From positions 98,704,001-98,768,000 of the forward strand of contig NC_043003.1 of assembly GCF_006345805.1 (NCBI RefSeq): 64,000 nucleotides of DNA, read 5' to 3'. The notes beneath the pieces were generated by a model. The model searched no databases, was not told where the DNA came from, and saw nothing but the letters and a program-made list of their open reading frames with translations. Shown here piece by piece: positions 29,868-43,676 of the stretch (its first letter is position 1; each line of letters begins with the position of its first letter). The translations under genes and the position numbers were made by a program. This stretch comes from Octopus sinensis (lineage: Eukaryota).

Positions 29868-30472
29868 TTCTTCTTATTTCTTTATTGCCCACAAGGGGCT
29901 AAACATAGAGGGGACAAACAAGGACAGACAAAGAGATTAAGTCGATTACATCGACCCCAGTGCGTAACTGGTACTTAATTTATCGACCGCGAAAGGACGA
30001 AAGTCAAAGTCGACCTCGGTGGAATTTGAACTCAGAATTTGAACGGCAGACGAAATACCTATTTCTTTACTACCCACAAGGGTCTACACACAGAGGAGAC
30101 AAACAAGAACAGACAAACGGATTAAGTCGATTATATCGACCCCAGTGCGTAACTGGCACTTAATTTATCGACCCCGAAAGGATGAAGGGCAAAGTCAAAC
30201 CTCGGTGGAATTTGAACTCAGAACGTAACGGCAGACGAAATACCTATTTCTTTATTACCCACAAGGGGCTAAACATAGAGGGGACAAACAAGGACAGACA
30301 TAGGTATGAAGTCGATTATATCGACCCCAGAGCGTAACTGGTACTTAATTTATCGACCCCGAAAGGATGAAAGGCAAAGTTGACCTCGGCGGAATTTGAA
30401 CTCACAACGTAACGACAGACGAAATACCGCTAAGCATTTCATCCGGCGTGCTAACGTTTCTGCCAGCTCGCC
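29868..30472 (-). mobile_element. SINE group A (tail A1) head-to-tail trimer with one head
   Basis: Three ~185-bp bodies joined at GACGAAATACC/TATTTCTTTA; single 12-bp TSD GCGATGATGTAA at 29856-29867 and 30473-30484. Confidence 0.92.
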
Positions 30473-31580
30473 GCGATGATGTAACTTTCTATCAAGTATT
30501 CACTCACATAGGATGCAGTATACTAATACCCCCTTTCCCCTTTTCATTCATTTCCATAAACAGAAAAAACCTTGATCTACTTGATATAGCAGCTAGGTAT
30601 CCCTCATTTGTATCCACTGGCAGCTACTGTATCAGAACATTAGTCTGGAAAATTTATATTAATTTACATTGATATCAAATCACTCGGTAAGCGATTTAGT
30701 TTTCATCCTCTGTAGGACTTTACCAGCAATAAAGGCCATTCGATCGTCAATACGCTCCGCGCTTAAGGTACATATCACTCTATGACTCTTCTATATAGAG
30801 TTTATTATACCATAGTTAGCCAATTCTTAATGAAGTTAACATAACCTTCCATTAGTTTCCAGGTGAGAATGTGTAAATATGTATGCATGTGTGAGTCAAT
30901 GTGTACGTGTATATACATAGACGTATGCATGCTTGTATTTGACTTCTTGTGTAGCACATTGGTGAATGTATATGACTGAGTGACTATGTACACGTTCATG
31001 CCTGTGAGTGTACACAAATGTTTGTATGTGTGTCACTCACCCACACACACACAAAATCACACACACACATCTAAACTAGTTATCATTTTCAAAATATTAG
31101 CCATATATAATGTCAAAAATAACAGCTAGTTATGATGTAAAGAAACTGTAACTTCGTCAATTACATAATGATGATTTTCTGCAGCCAAATGAAACCGGTA
31201 TGTTACACAAGCATTACATTTCATTCAAAAAGATTATTTTTACCATAAAAATTTTAGTGGAATTTCTGTTTTCAAACAATTTATCACATGGAGAAATTCT
31301 TGATATTTTTTATGTATGTATGTATGCATGTATGTATGTATGTATGTATGTATGTTTGTATGTATGTATGTATGTATATATGTATGTATGTATGTGTGTA
31401 TATATGTATGTATGCATGTATGTTCATACATGCATACGCTAGAGAAAGCATGGTATAGATATTCAGCGATTACATAAATGAGACTTAAATTTAACTTCTT
31501 CTTCATTAAGAGCATGTGTCTCCGACGCGCTGGCCAGTTCGCCACTTTAATAATAATAATAAATAATAATAATAATAATA

Positions 31581-31648
<68 letters not shown>

Positions 31649-31712
31649 TAATAATAATAATAATAATAATAATATAATAATGATAATAATAATAATAGTA
31701 ATAATAATAATA

Positions 31713-32269
31713 AATGCCCTGATGCAGTACCAGGCAGTGGCTCTCATGGCTTCTGATCTTAACTGATTGCAAGTGTTATCATGTACATTGTTTTGTCTTG
31801 GTATAAAAGATGGGCTACAGCAAATATTCTGCTCAATACCACAGATTTGCTTGTCAGTTGTTTGACCTTAACCAGTTGAGCATTTCCCTTAGTGGCTGAC
31901 GATATGTGCATCTCTGATCACGAGCAGAAGTAGTGGGGGAGCATCATAGCCATGTGTTGAGAGGGATTCTTTGGGGTTTGAATAATTCACCTCTGGAAAC
32001 ATGGGTGGTTCTTTCAACATCCTTAAACAATCCTTATTCAGGGACCTTTTGAGTGGGATGGGCTACTCAACCTGAAGAAAATTCTAACTGGGCCCCACCC
32101 GCAAGGTCATGTGCTGTTTATCTTGATATGATATCACCATGTCGCGCAGATATGGTTGTGATGCATGTGCCTGGTGTATCTTTATCAGACAGGTAGTCAT
32201 GATGGGTATATTGGGCTTCGTATATTTTACCCCAGTGTCACTTTGATGGCATGCACTGCTCTCTCACTC
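31713..32269 (+). mobile_element. ~560-bp non-coding element in (TAA)n
   Basis: Sharp (TAA)n borders; partial second copy at 32832-33000 (GGACCTTTTGAG.GGGAT...AAAATTCTAACTGGGCCCCACC). Strand inferred from the neighbouring Dong pieces. Confidence 0.7.
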
Positions 32270-32375
<106 letters not shown>

Positions 32376-32387
32376 ATTATAATAATA

Positions 32388-32750
32388 CTTCCTAATTGAC
32401 GTATCAATACCAACAGATGACAACGCTTCTCTAAAGGAAATGGAGAAACTTTCAAAATACAAAGACCTGGAAATAGAGGTAACTCGAATGTGGAATCTAA
32501 AAACAGAAACAATGCCTATCATAGTGGGTGCATTAGGTATAATAAAAAAAAATTCAGACAAATACATAACAAATACACTAGTACGAACGAATATATATAA
32601 CATACAGAAAAAAACACTGCTAGACACTGCACACATCCTACGTAAAACACTTTCAATACAGTAACCATAAGAACATCACAGCAAACCATAGCACGTACCC
32701 AAAGCTCACAGAGCCGCGCTCAGTAGTGCAGTGAAAGCACGTTATGAAAA
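32388..32750 (+). mobile_element. R4/Dong-type LINE 3' end (same family as 18461-19495)
   Basis: FLIDVSIPTDDN...EKLSKYKDLEIEVTRMWNLKTETMPIIVGALG...DTAHILRK; 3' UTR matches 19390-19480; (TAA)n both sides. Confidence 0.9.
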
Positions 32751-32773
32751 TAATAATAATAATGATGATGATG

Positions 32774-32825
<52 letters not shown>

Positions 32826-32831
32826 TTGCCA

Positions 32832-33000
32832 AGGACCTTTTGAGCGGGATAGGCTACTCGATTCGAAGAAAATTCTAACTGGGCCCCACCTACAAGTTCA
32901 TGATCTGTTTATTTTGATATGAGATCACTATGTCGCGCACATACTGTCGTGATGCATGTACCTGGTGCAACCTCCTCAGACGGTTAGTGATGATGGATAC
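32832..33000 (+). mobile_element. Partial copy of the 31713-32269 element
   Basis: Colinear with 32041-32210; within (TAA)n. Confidence 0.75.
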
Positions 33001-33012
33001 ATAATAGGTTTC

Positions 33013-33043
<31 letters not shown>

Positions 33044-33044
33044 G

Positions 33045-33400
33045 TCTTAGCACCTGCAGAATATAAAGCAAGGCATGACAGAGTCGGCCAGTATTTACAT
33101 TGGACAATATGTCGGTATTATGAAATCAAAACCGCTGACAAATGGTATAAACATCATCCTGAAGCTGTGACTGAGGGAGAAAATGTGTCGATTCTATGGG
33201 ACTTCCCCGTACAGAACGACAAGACTATAAATGCTAATAAACCGGATATTATTATAAAAGATCAGACAAAAAAGATGTGTGTATTAATTGACATGAGTAT
33301 CCCTTACGATCACAATATAGCGGCTAAAGAATTTGACAAGATTAGTAAATATAAAAACCTGCTAATAGAAATTGAAAAAATGTGGCATCTCAAGGCGACT
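33045..33400 (+). mobile_element. R4/Dong-type RLE fragment (second family)
   Basis: LAPAEYKARHDRVGQYLHW...WYKHHPEAV...ILWDFPVQNDKTINANKPDIIIKD...LIDMSIP...KISKYKNLLIEIEKMW; starts right after (TAA)n. Confidence 0.9.
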
Positions 33401-35975
33401 TTAAGACAAGACCTAAGTAGAATAGAAACCTGGAAAGATTTAAATCTCTTGAGAAAAGATATTTAGTCAAAGCGAAAGGGTTTGGGACAGTCATAGAAGA
33501 GTTGAAACAGCGTATCAAAGCAGTAGCAGATAAGCTCTCCAGAAGGCGGTGAGCTGGCAGAATCGTTAGAACGCTGGGTGAAATGCTTAGCGGTATTTCG
33601 TCTGCTGCTACGTTCTGAGTTCAAATTCCGCCGAGGTCGACTTTGCCTTTCATCCTTTCGGGGTCGATTAAATAAGTACCAGTTACGCACTGGGGTCGAC
33701 ATAATGGACTGAATCCGTTTGTCTGTCCTTGTTTGTCCTCTCTGTGTTTAGCCCCTTGTGGGTAGTAAAGAAATAGGTAAGCTCTCCAGATATCAGAAAA
33801 GAATAGATTATTTGAGACAGACCAGAGGCGATTTTGTAATCAAATAAATAGGGGAGAAGACAGTACTGAAAATGAGATACCTAATACAAAAGAAGATAGA
33901 AAGGTCAGGAGTAATATTTGGGATGAACCAGAAGCGGTATGGTTAAAGAAAATGAGGAAGGAAAGAAGCAGTGCATTAATGCATTAATGAGTAAAGTGCA
34001 TTAATGAGTAAAGTGTTAGGAAATATGCCGAATTGGAAGGGCCCAGGATCAGATTTATTTCAAGGGTACTGGCTAAAGAAATTTAATAGTTTACATGGGA
34101 GGCTGAGGAAATAACTTCAGGATTGTCTGAATGGAGGAATAATACCAGATTGGATGACTAGAAGAAGAACAATACTCCTTATGAAAGATAAAAACAAGGG
34201 TAAAACAGCTAGTAATTATAGACCAATTACGTGATTACCATTAGTGCAGAAGCTGTTAAAAGGAATGTTTTCAGATAGCATTTACGATTACCTTCACACT
34301 CCTTAATTTACTGCTAGAGGAATAGAAAGGTTGTTGGAAGAAGGCTAGAGGAACGCATGATATATTATACATAGGCACAGCAGTTCTAAATGAAGTAAAT
34401 GCCAGAAAGAAAAATCTAACAATAGCATTGACAGGTGACAAAAAGCCTATGGATAACTGAATATTTGAGTATATCCAGTAAAGCAGTAAAACATAAGAAA
34501 ATTAATTAGCTTTAGTATGAAGAAATGGAAAGTGGATCTCTACTCAGGTGACACAGTCTTAGGGAAAGTTAATATCAAGGGAGGAATTTTCCAAGGGGAC
34601 ATGTCATATTCTTTAATATTTGTCTGATGTTTGATCCTTTCGGTTTTGTATTAAAGATGGCAAAAGCGGGTTCAGAAATAGTAAGGGAAAAATTTACCAT
34701 TTGCTCTACATGATTGATCTGAAGCATTTTAGTAAGAATGAAAGATAGATTCCTTAATACACTCTATAAGACTCTTCAGCAAAGATATAGGCATGTAATT
34801 TGGCATAGATAAGTGTGCAATATTAGTCATGAGAAGTGGACAGGTAGTCAACAGCGAAAGCGTCCAATTACCAAATGGCCAGACATTAAAATCATTAAAA
34901 GAAGAAGAGAGTTATAAGTATCTAGGAGTATTAGAATCGGACAGAGTACTAACAATAGAAATGTGAACGAAAGTTGAGGAGGAGTATATCAGAAGGGTTT
35001 GGAAGATAATGAAGTCAAAGCTAAATGGTCCGAATCTAGTGAAGGCTGTAAAAACTTGGGCAGTATCATTGAAGAACTAGGAAAGAATTCAAAGTGAATG
35101 GAGGACACCACCCAAAGGATGGAGTAGCAAGATAATACTTTCCTATAAAGGAAGGTAAAAGAGGGCTAATATCAGTAGAAGATGCGTGGGGTTAGCTAGA
35201 GTAGATATAGACTCCTTTGTAGGGGATAGTGAAGAAAGTTTATTAAGAGCTGCTAGAGTCACAGCAAACCAAAACACCAACCGAAATTAAAAACCAGGAA
35301 AAGTTATCTAACTGGAAAGAAAGTTATCTAACCAGAAAGAGTTATCTATCAAAATTGATCTAACTGGAAGGAGAAGGCTTTGCATGGTAGGTTTCCAAAG
35401 ATAGTTGTCGCAAGTAGTAGTTGTGAGACATGGATATGTTTGCAGAAAGGAAGGCTTGAAAGGGAGACAGAAAGTTTGTTAGTAGCAGCAGAAGAACAAG
35501 CATTAAAGACTAATTGGGTAAAAGCCAAGATAGACAAAAACCAAGTAGATTCCCAATGTAGGTTATGCAAGTCAAAAGAGGGAAGTGTTACTTTTATAGT
35601 ATGTGAATATAGCATGCTGGAACATAAAGAATACAAGAAAATGCATGACAACCTAGGGATAGTAATCCACAATGTAGGAAGCTAGGATTTGAACATACTG
35701 ATATATAGTTTAAACATGAACGTAGTAAAATACTAGAAAGTAAAAAAATATAAGATGTTGCGGGACTTTAGCATTCAGAGTGACAGAGTAATAAAAGTTA
35801 GATGGCCTGATTTAGTAGTAGTAGACAAAGAGAATAGAAAGTGCCAGATAATTGACTTCACAGACCAAAATGATGAAAAGATCAATATGAGAGGTTTAGC
35901 TAAGTATCAGGACCTAACCATTAAATTACAGAGACTGTGGAAAGTGCGGGTAAAATATATCCCGGTAGTTAAAGG
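33401..35975 (+). mobile_element. R4/Dong-type LINE (third family), decayed RT, zinc knuckle and RLE
   Basis: LRQDLSRI, EELKQRIKAVADKLSRY, NWKGPG, NYRPIT, GIFQGD, HLLYMIDLK, FGIDKCA, YKYLGV, LHGRF, ETESLLVAAEEQAL, CRLC, PDLVVVD; many stops. Confidence 0.92.
33544..33777 (+). mobile_element. Full-length SINE group A (tail A1) nested in Dong-type LINE
   Basis: Perfect 13-bp TSD TAAGCTCTCCAGA at 33531-33543 and 33778-33790; removing it restores ADKLSRYQKRID. Confidence 0.96.
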
Positions 35976-35989
35976 TACAGAGGAACTAT

Positions 35990-37900
35990 GCCTTATGATT
36001 TGAACAGATGGATCTGTTCTAACAAAATATTACAGCTACAGTTAAAACTTTCCCCAGGAATACAAACATCTGAAACATTTCTATTTGTCAATTGTTATAT
36101 AGTCACTTTCACTTCATCGAAACATGGATCCAATGCAAGAGAGTCAATTACGGGTCTATGGGGATTGTATTTGAGTTAATATCTACATTTTTATCTCTAT
36201 TTAGTACTTCTTTAAAAGGTTCTACTCAACGTTTCTATATAGCATTGCCATCTGTGAGATTCCCTTCTATAGAAAAAACAGGAGTGCCCCTTCTTTACTT
36301 GCACCAAATAACCCTTTCAAATCTTGATAAGGGCCCTTCATGTCACGTTTGTCAGCTGATTTTTACAGATCTTAAGCCTTTTTTAGCCACACCACTGTTG
36401 CTTCATTTTTAGGAGTTTAGTTTGATCAGAGTTTTGGCAGACTTGTAAAGCTTTTTCCTTCTAACAATGTTCTTATCGGCAATCCATTCTTTATAAATTC
36501 TGTACATTTCTTGAAGCTGTTCATTTATAAGCTCATCATTTTCATCAAACCAGTCTTGGTTTTTACAGCTTGGAAACCTAAGAACTTCAGATGACTCATA
36601 AATAGTATCTCTAAGTTGACCCCATGATTCTTCCATATTTTCGGTGATTCAAACATTATGAAGTATACTAGCCATATCAATATGCAAACATTATGAACCA
36701 TTCCATCAATTGTGTGAGCGAAAATATCCTTGTCGTTTTTACTTTGTGCTTTGAAATATCAAATTCCCTTATGATTATTTTCTACTATTTTGTTGTATAG
36801 CCGGCTTTGAACTCATTGTTACCTCACTACAAAACATAGTATGATCAGAACAGTATTCTGCCTTACGGAAAGAATGTATAAAGTTAGCATAATTTTTATC
36901 AGGGTTTCGAACAATGTCATTGTTAGTCAAGTGGCCATGACCTCATATAGAATGATACCAAGTTATTTTGTTTTTGTTGGGGTGTTGAAAAAGTGTATTG
37001 GTGACCGAACATCTAAGCTCACTGCACAAAGATAGTAGCAGAAGATCATGCCAAGACCATGCTAACTAAGAATATTTGGTCAAGAAAGGTAATCTGATTC
37101 CACACTGGCATTAAATTCTCCGAAAAAAAATATCTTGACTGGGAATTGGGTTCAGAAAAATTCGTTAATCGGAATAGAATTTGTCTTTAGCGGCATCTGT
37201 AGAACTAAGTTCTGGTACTTATGCACTTACTATTGTAGCATATTTAACTAGGTCAAGTGCGATTCGCAAAAACATAAGACGATCGGTAGTTCCATTGAAG
37301 AAGAATTCTAGTTTATGTACAATAATATCTTTACTAATATCGAAACTCACACCAGATTCCGTTTTTCCTGCCACAAATTTACCAATCCGGAAGAAAGTGT
37401 ACCCTCAACTACTTTATTCAGCTGACCAAAATCTGGCAGCCTTGTCTCCAAAAGCAACACTAACAGTTTTACATATAAGAGATCTGTCAGTGCTGTTTTA
37501 CATTTAGGATGCCCTTTGTAGTCCTAAAGTGGGAGCACGTTCCATGTTGTTATGCTCAAATCTGTTTTTTCCCCTTGTTTTCTATATTTTTTCGACAGCA
37601 TGGCTGAAAGAAAGTCATTCGCAGTATAATGACTGGGTGGTGTAAGCAAGCAGTTTTTAGAGCACCTTCTGTAGTCCCTTCCGCATACAAGAGAAACATT
37701 CCTAGTCTGCTTAGTAGTTAAGAAGACACGGACTGTGAAATTGCTCACATAGATTTAACAGGACAAGATACTTCTTAGCACTATAAGCAAAAGGCAATCT
37801 AGAGAACCCCAGTGATTTTCTCCACCTGTCCCCGTTGCCATCCCTTCATTGCCGAAGGATTTGATTTGTCCTCGTGTTGTTACTAAAAGCCTGCATAATG
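35990..37900 (-). mobile_element. RTE-clade LINE 5' half (5' UTR plus APE), decayed
   Basis: Minus peptides LSITTWNV, ESGVSF, TDRLM, TIVSAY, GEFNA, NTFF, SDH, WGQLRDTIY...KNQDWFDEND. Confidence 0.8.
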
Positions 37901-38224
37901 AGTTTGTTTAAAGCGGAATTTGCCTTTGCTGAACGAAACCCACTCTCACTACAAAGACAGCATAACCTGTATTGATGCATAGTGTGCCACTTGTCAGATG
38001 CAGACTAGGTCGCAGATCTAGTAATGTTGGTATGAATTGATTGATCAACAAATGGGTTGAGGGTTGATGTGTGTGTATACATACATACATACATACATAC
38101 ATACATACATACATACATACATACATACATACATGCATACATACATGCATACATACATGCGTATTAAATTTCAAAATACTCATAAAATAAAAGATACATA
38201 TACAATATATAAATATGTAGACAC

Positions 38225-38352
38225 AGTAGTTGGATGGCCGTTGACTACTCATCAGTTCCTCCGCCCATTCAGCAATTTTACTTTTCATCCCGCAGGGCGT
38301 CTAACAATCACCCTCCTCACTAAGCAAAGCAAGCAAGCAAGCTCGGTGGGGG
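38225..38352 (-). mobile_element. (TA)n-adjacent element fragment with truncated hammerhead-like core
   Basis: Minus strand CTGATGA-GTAGT...ACTAC, ending exactly where GAAA would follow. Confidence 0.4.
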
Positions 38353-38365
38353 TATATATAATATA

Positions 38366-38464
<99 letters not shown>

Positions 38465-38466
38465 TC

Positions 38467-38583
<117 letters not shown>

Positions 38584-39723
38584 GTGTGTATATATATATA
38601 TATATTATATATTATATATATATATATATATTATGTGCTGAAATTATATTTCTGTGGACAGCGGGATACATTCCATGTACGTAAAATGATTTCTAAAACT
38701 ACTGGATAAATAAAATAGAAATACCTCGATTAGATACAGATATATTAGAAATGTGCTTAAATTTATTTAGCACAGTAAAATAAGACTCTAGTTAATCAAA
38801 TCAAAATGCCAAACTCATACTGTGATTCAGCATACGTGAGTGTGCAGTATGTGTATATGTACATACGCTGCATATACACTCACTCACACACGCACACGCG
38901 CGCATGTCTATATTGCATACGTATGTGTGTGGTTGTATGCGAGTGATATATCTGATTGCCAGTGAATGCGAATCTGTCTGTGTGCGTGTTTGTGTGTGTA
39001 TTTGCGAAAGGGTGTGCGTATGAATATCCACCAGATTTTATGCGAATGTCTATATGAATATGTGTGCGGCGTATGTGCGCGTATTTACATGTGAGTGAAC
39101 GTGTGTGTATAATCGTTGTGTGTATGTGTGCTGTAATTGAAGAAGGGCAAGAGAGGTCGTGTTTGAAATTTGACTACTCTGTTGATGCCAGTGGTTATAT
39201 CTAATAAAACAACATAGACAGACTGGATAACAGAACGCTGTTTTGACTGCTTGCTCGATTCAGCATATCATAGCAAAGAGCCTAGAAGTCGCTTACTTGA
39301 CAGCGCTTTTCACTCAGAGTTAAAACGTCGTGGGTTTCTCTGACTGCGTGTGTGCGTGTGCGTGAGTGTAGTCGTTTTGATGACATGCTTGAGTATGTGT
39401 TTCTACATAGAAACGCATATTTATATATGCCTACAGATAGTCATATATTCGCGTATGTATTTTAGTACAGGTACTGCCGAGGCAAGTTCAAAAATCATGT
39501 ACATAAATGATGATTACTGACATATGCATACAGAATTATTTAAGGTTTACTTAAATTTTGATGGATTCCAGACCGATAAAGCACATCGTGGTTAGCGGGT
39601 TATATAAAGTGGAGAATAGGCTTGATGATGATCCAGCATGATAACAGATCAAGGATTTTAAACTGTGAAACTACATAGGTGTGTGTACCAACATTTATAT
39701 ACATATATATATATATATATATA

Positions 39724-39772
<49 letters not shown>

Positions 39773-39776
<4 letters not shown>

Positions 39777-40050
39777 GTGACCGACCAGGCTATCAGATGC
39801 TGTTACACATCGCTGGTCACAATGCGCGTCGCATTGTTTTAGCCTTCAAATGATGCCACCTCGGTGGCTAAGCGAGCAGGCCAACAGAAGAAAGAGTGAG
39901 AGAAAGTTGTGGCGAAAGAGTACAGCAGGGATCGCCACCACCCCCTGCGGGAGTCTCGTGTTGCTTTAGGTGTTTTCGCTCAATAAACACTCACAACGCC
40001 CGGTCTGGGAATCGAAACCGCTGCCCTAACCACTAGGCCATTGCGCCTCC

Positions 40051-40051
<1 letters not shown>
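39773..40051 (-). mobile_element. SINE group B head with tail 2
   Basis: Head matches 5952-6135 (short deletion in the tRNA part), then a different tail. Confidence 0.9.
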
Positions 40052-40083
<32 letters not shown>

Positions 40084-40095
40084 ATATATGTATTT

Positions 40096-40368
40096 TATTT
40101 ATGCGCTCTTTTCAAGCCTAGCCAGGCTCATGGGCCTGGTTTCCTGGTTTCTGAGGCGTATGTGTCCCCCCCCCCCCAGCTGGAAGGCACACCAGTCCAT
40201 CGCAGCGTTACTCAAGAAACAGGAAGAAAGAGTGAGAGAAAGTTGGGGGTGAAAGAGTAAAACAGGGTTCGCCACTACCCCACTGCCGGAGCCTCGTGGA
40301 GCTTCTAGGTGTTTTCGCTCGATAAACACACACAACATCCGGTCTGGGAATCGAAACCGCGATCCTCC
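40096..40368 (-). mobile_element. SINE group B head with tail 3 (V-domain-like)
   Basis: Body matches 5998-6145; tail begins AGTAACGCTGCGATGGACTGG on minus. Confidence 0.88.
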
Positions 40369-40403
40369 ATATATATATATATATATTATATAATATATAT
40401 ATA

Positions 40404-40456
<53 letters not shown>

Positions 40457-40528
40457 TTATGAATGTGAGTGACCGTGTGAAACTATATGTCTAAATTAAT
40501 GTGTGAGTGTATCTCTGTATACAATAAT

Positions 40529-40672
40529 ATTAGGTTGTCCCAAAAGTTCGTAAACACTTGCGAAAATTGAATTTTTACTCGCCAAGTACTAACAAAAACA
40601 ACAAAAATTATTCCTCAAAATAAAGACCAGTATTTTTCAAGACTTTCTACGAACTTTTGGGACAACCTTATA
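40529..40672. mobile_element. Mariner-type MITE
   Basis: Perfect 21-bp inverted repeat AGGTTGTCCCAAAAGTTCGTA at 40532-40552 and 40648-40668; TA flanks. Confidence 0.85.
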
Positions 40673-41241
40673 TATGTTTAATGCGATAGAGTGACAAGTT
40701 GCTAACAATCATAATTTCAGTATTAAGGGTGGGGACATTTAATGATAACTAATAAATGAAGAAAATGAACACTCTAGAATGTACTATTTCTTGTAAACGG
40801 CTTAATTTATGTATAATTAGATATTTTACCCATAGATTTAACGTTATTTTAGTTGGCAAAAAATAAGAAAGTAATCCACGGGGATGAAAACCTGCGTGAA
40901 GTGGATTTGAAAACACTTATACTGTTTAACTGTCTTAAAATATCGTCTACAGACGTCTACAAATTACCCTCTTGAACACTGACAAACAACGTTTCACAAT
41001 ACTCTCAAAAAATGCACTACATTACAGGTACAACAAAAGCGACAGCAATGGTAATAACAAAACAAAAAGCCTTGTGAGTGGATTTGGTAGACGGAAGCTT
41101 AAAGAAACCCGTCCTATATATATATATTTCTTTACTACGCTTTGTCTGTCCTTGTTTGTCCCCTCTATGTTTAGCCCCTTGTGGGAGACAAACACAGACT
41201 CACAAACATATGCACACAAACATATACACACATACATACAT

Positions 41242-41580
<339 letters not shown>

Positions 41581-41581
41581 A

Positions 41582-41702
41582 TGGGCTTCTTTCAGTTTCC
41601 GTCTACCAAATCCACTCACAAGGCTGTGGTCAGCCCGAGAATATAGTAGAAAACACTTGCCGAAGGTTCCACGCAGTGGGACTGAACCCGGAACCATGTG
41701 GG
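41582..41702 (-). mobile_element. SINE group C 5' part
   Basis: Matches 51465-51580. Confidence 0.85.
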
Positions 41703-43067
41703 TCATTACTTTGTCTTGTATGATTTGTTTGCATCTTTTGTGATACGATTCTAAATAGCAAAACGTTGATGTGTAAAGCTCATTAAGAAGTACTATAATA
41801 TCTTAATACATATATTCACAAAATTCAAGAAAATACTTATAGTGAGCTGCATTTATCTAGCAATTTATTTATTTATTTATTTATTTATTTATTAATTTTT
41901 GAATAATTTCGAATGGTTGTGTTTTAAAAATATTACAAAATCATAAATATCAGTGTTAGCGAAGTATTATGGCATTATATTGTCTTCGTGCCAGTCACTG
42001 TTAAACAATGTTGTGTAATGTATATACTTAGCAGCATCCGGCGAGACATTGATGTCACAAGAATACTGTTTCTTGACATTCTATGTAAGTACGTCGCATC
42101 ACTTGCATTTGGGAATGTAGACGAGAAAACATAGCACCAGTTTGAGAATTTTCGTAATCAAATGTGGAATCACTTCAGTAAAATTGAAGGAAATTGGATG
42201 CGCTCAAGAAATTTGATTTCACGGACATGTCCAAAATCAGCATTAATTCTATTTTTTGCTTTGTTATGTTCTTTTATTTCCTTCAAATATACGAGCAGGT
42301 AATGAAAATACTATTCGTTATAACAGGGGTAAGATGCTTTGTCTCATATAAGAGTTGTCCCATTATTGTCCCATTATTGGAAACTCTACATCTTGTGCGT
42401 TTGAGCGTATTTAGTTTTCTCTGACGGCAAGACTAAAATAAGTTTAAATAGTCGTGGGGAGTGAAAAATCTAAGGCTTTTCTCTTTGTCTAAGAGAAAGA
42501 GAGAAAAATTGGAGAAGAAAGTGAGGGGCGTTGTCACTTAATATTGTGGGGTCTCAACAATAACTGACAAATATACTTATCAATTGAACCCTCGTATGAA
42601 TCATTTGTTGCTTACACAAATATCACTGGTTTTCTGAAATACCAGATTATCTTTAAAAATCTTTGAGTTGCTAAAACTTTGAAACGAGCTCATGGTAACC
42701 AGCTAGCAGATATACATACATACATACACATATACGTACATACATACATACATACATACATACATGCATGCATGCATGCATGCAAGCATACATACATACA
42801 TACATACATACATACATACATACATACATACATACATACATACATACATGCATACATACGTGGTGGCTGCCCCCTTGTTATCGAGTATGGCCATTGCACA
42901 AAGCTTAGTCAATGTTATCGTGCAATGCCTGTGCAAGAAGACTTTTTTTTAAAGTGGGGAAAGGCTGTACACTGAGTCAATCCCACTCACTAACCAACAG
43001 CAGCCATAATCCGAAAAGAAGAACAAGTCAACATCATCGGTAACCATACATACATACATACATACAT

Positions 43068-43455
43068 AAAACCAGAAAGGAGAAAGCTGATTTGAAGACT
43101 ACAGTTCCAAGCCATAACTGAAACTGTAAAAGTCTGTAAAACTTTCCAGAAGTTTATCATTTAGTCAAGATATGCAAGTACATTCATGAGAAGACATAGA
43201 TAAAACAAAACATGCAAATCTACACTTATACCTATGTACATACATAGATACCTACCTACCTACCTACCTACCTACCTACCTACCTACCTACCTACCTACA
43301 TACATACATACATACATACATACATACATGAATACATACATACAAAATACCCTGTTTTTGATGTTGAAATTCCAATGAATGTGCCTTGTATCTACGTTAG
43401 AAACTGGCTCTTTCTCTGTTGGCAAGAGACCTTGAAATAAAACCGAATAATGACA
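43068..43455 (+). mobile_element. (CATA)n-associated RLE-type LINE 3' end
   Basis: KPERRKLI*RLQFQAITETVKVCKTFQKF; 3' UTR matches 26770-26965; begins directly after (CATA)n. Confidence 0.8.
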
Positions 43456-43459
43456 TGCA

Positions 43460-43516
<57 letters not shown>

Positions 43517-43532
43517 GTCAGTTTGTCTATCC

Positions 43533-43600
<68 letters not shown>

Positions 43601-43676
43601 GTCTCTCTGCCTCACACACTCTCTCTCTCTCTCTCTCTCTCTCACCTTCTCTCCCTATATATATATATATATATAT

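Noticed and set aside
39297-39346. Possible minus-strand non-coding first exon (CAA/GTAAGC donor)
   Set aside because: Motif-only evidence, expected by chance.
42290-42597. Mariner MITE with TACGAG/CTCGTA ends
   Set aside because: Inverted similarity beyond 6 bp is too weak to call.
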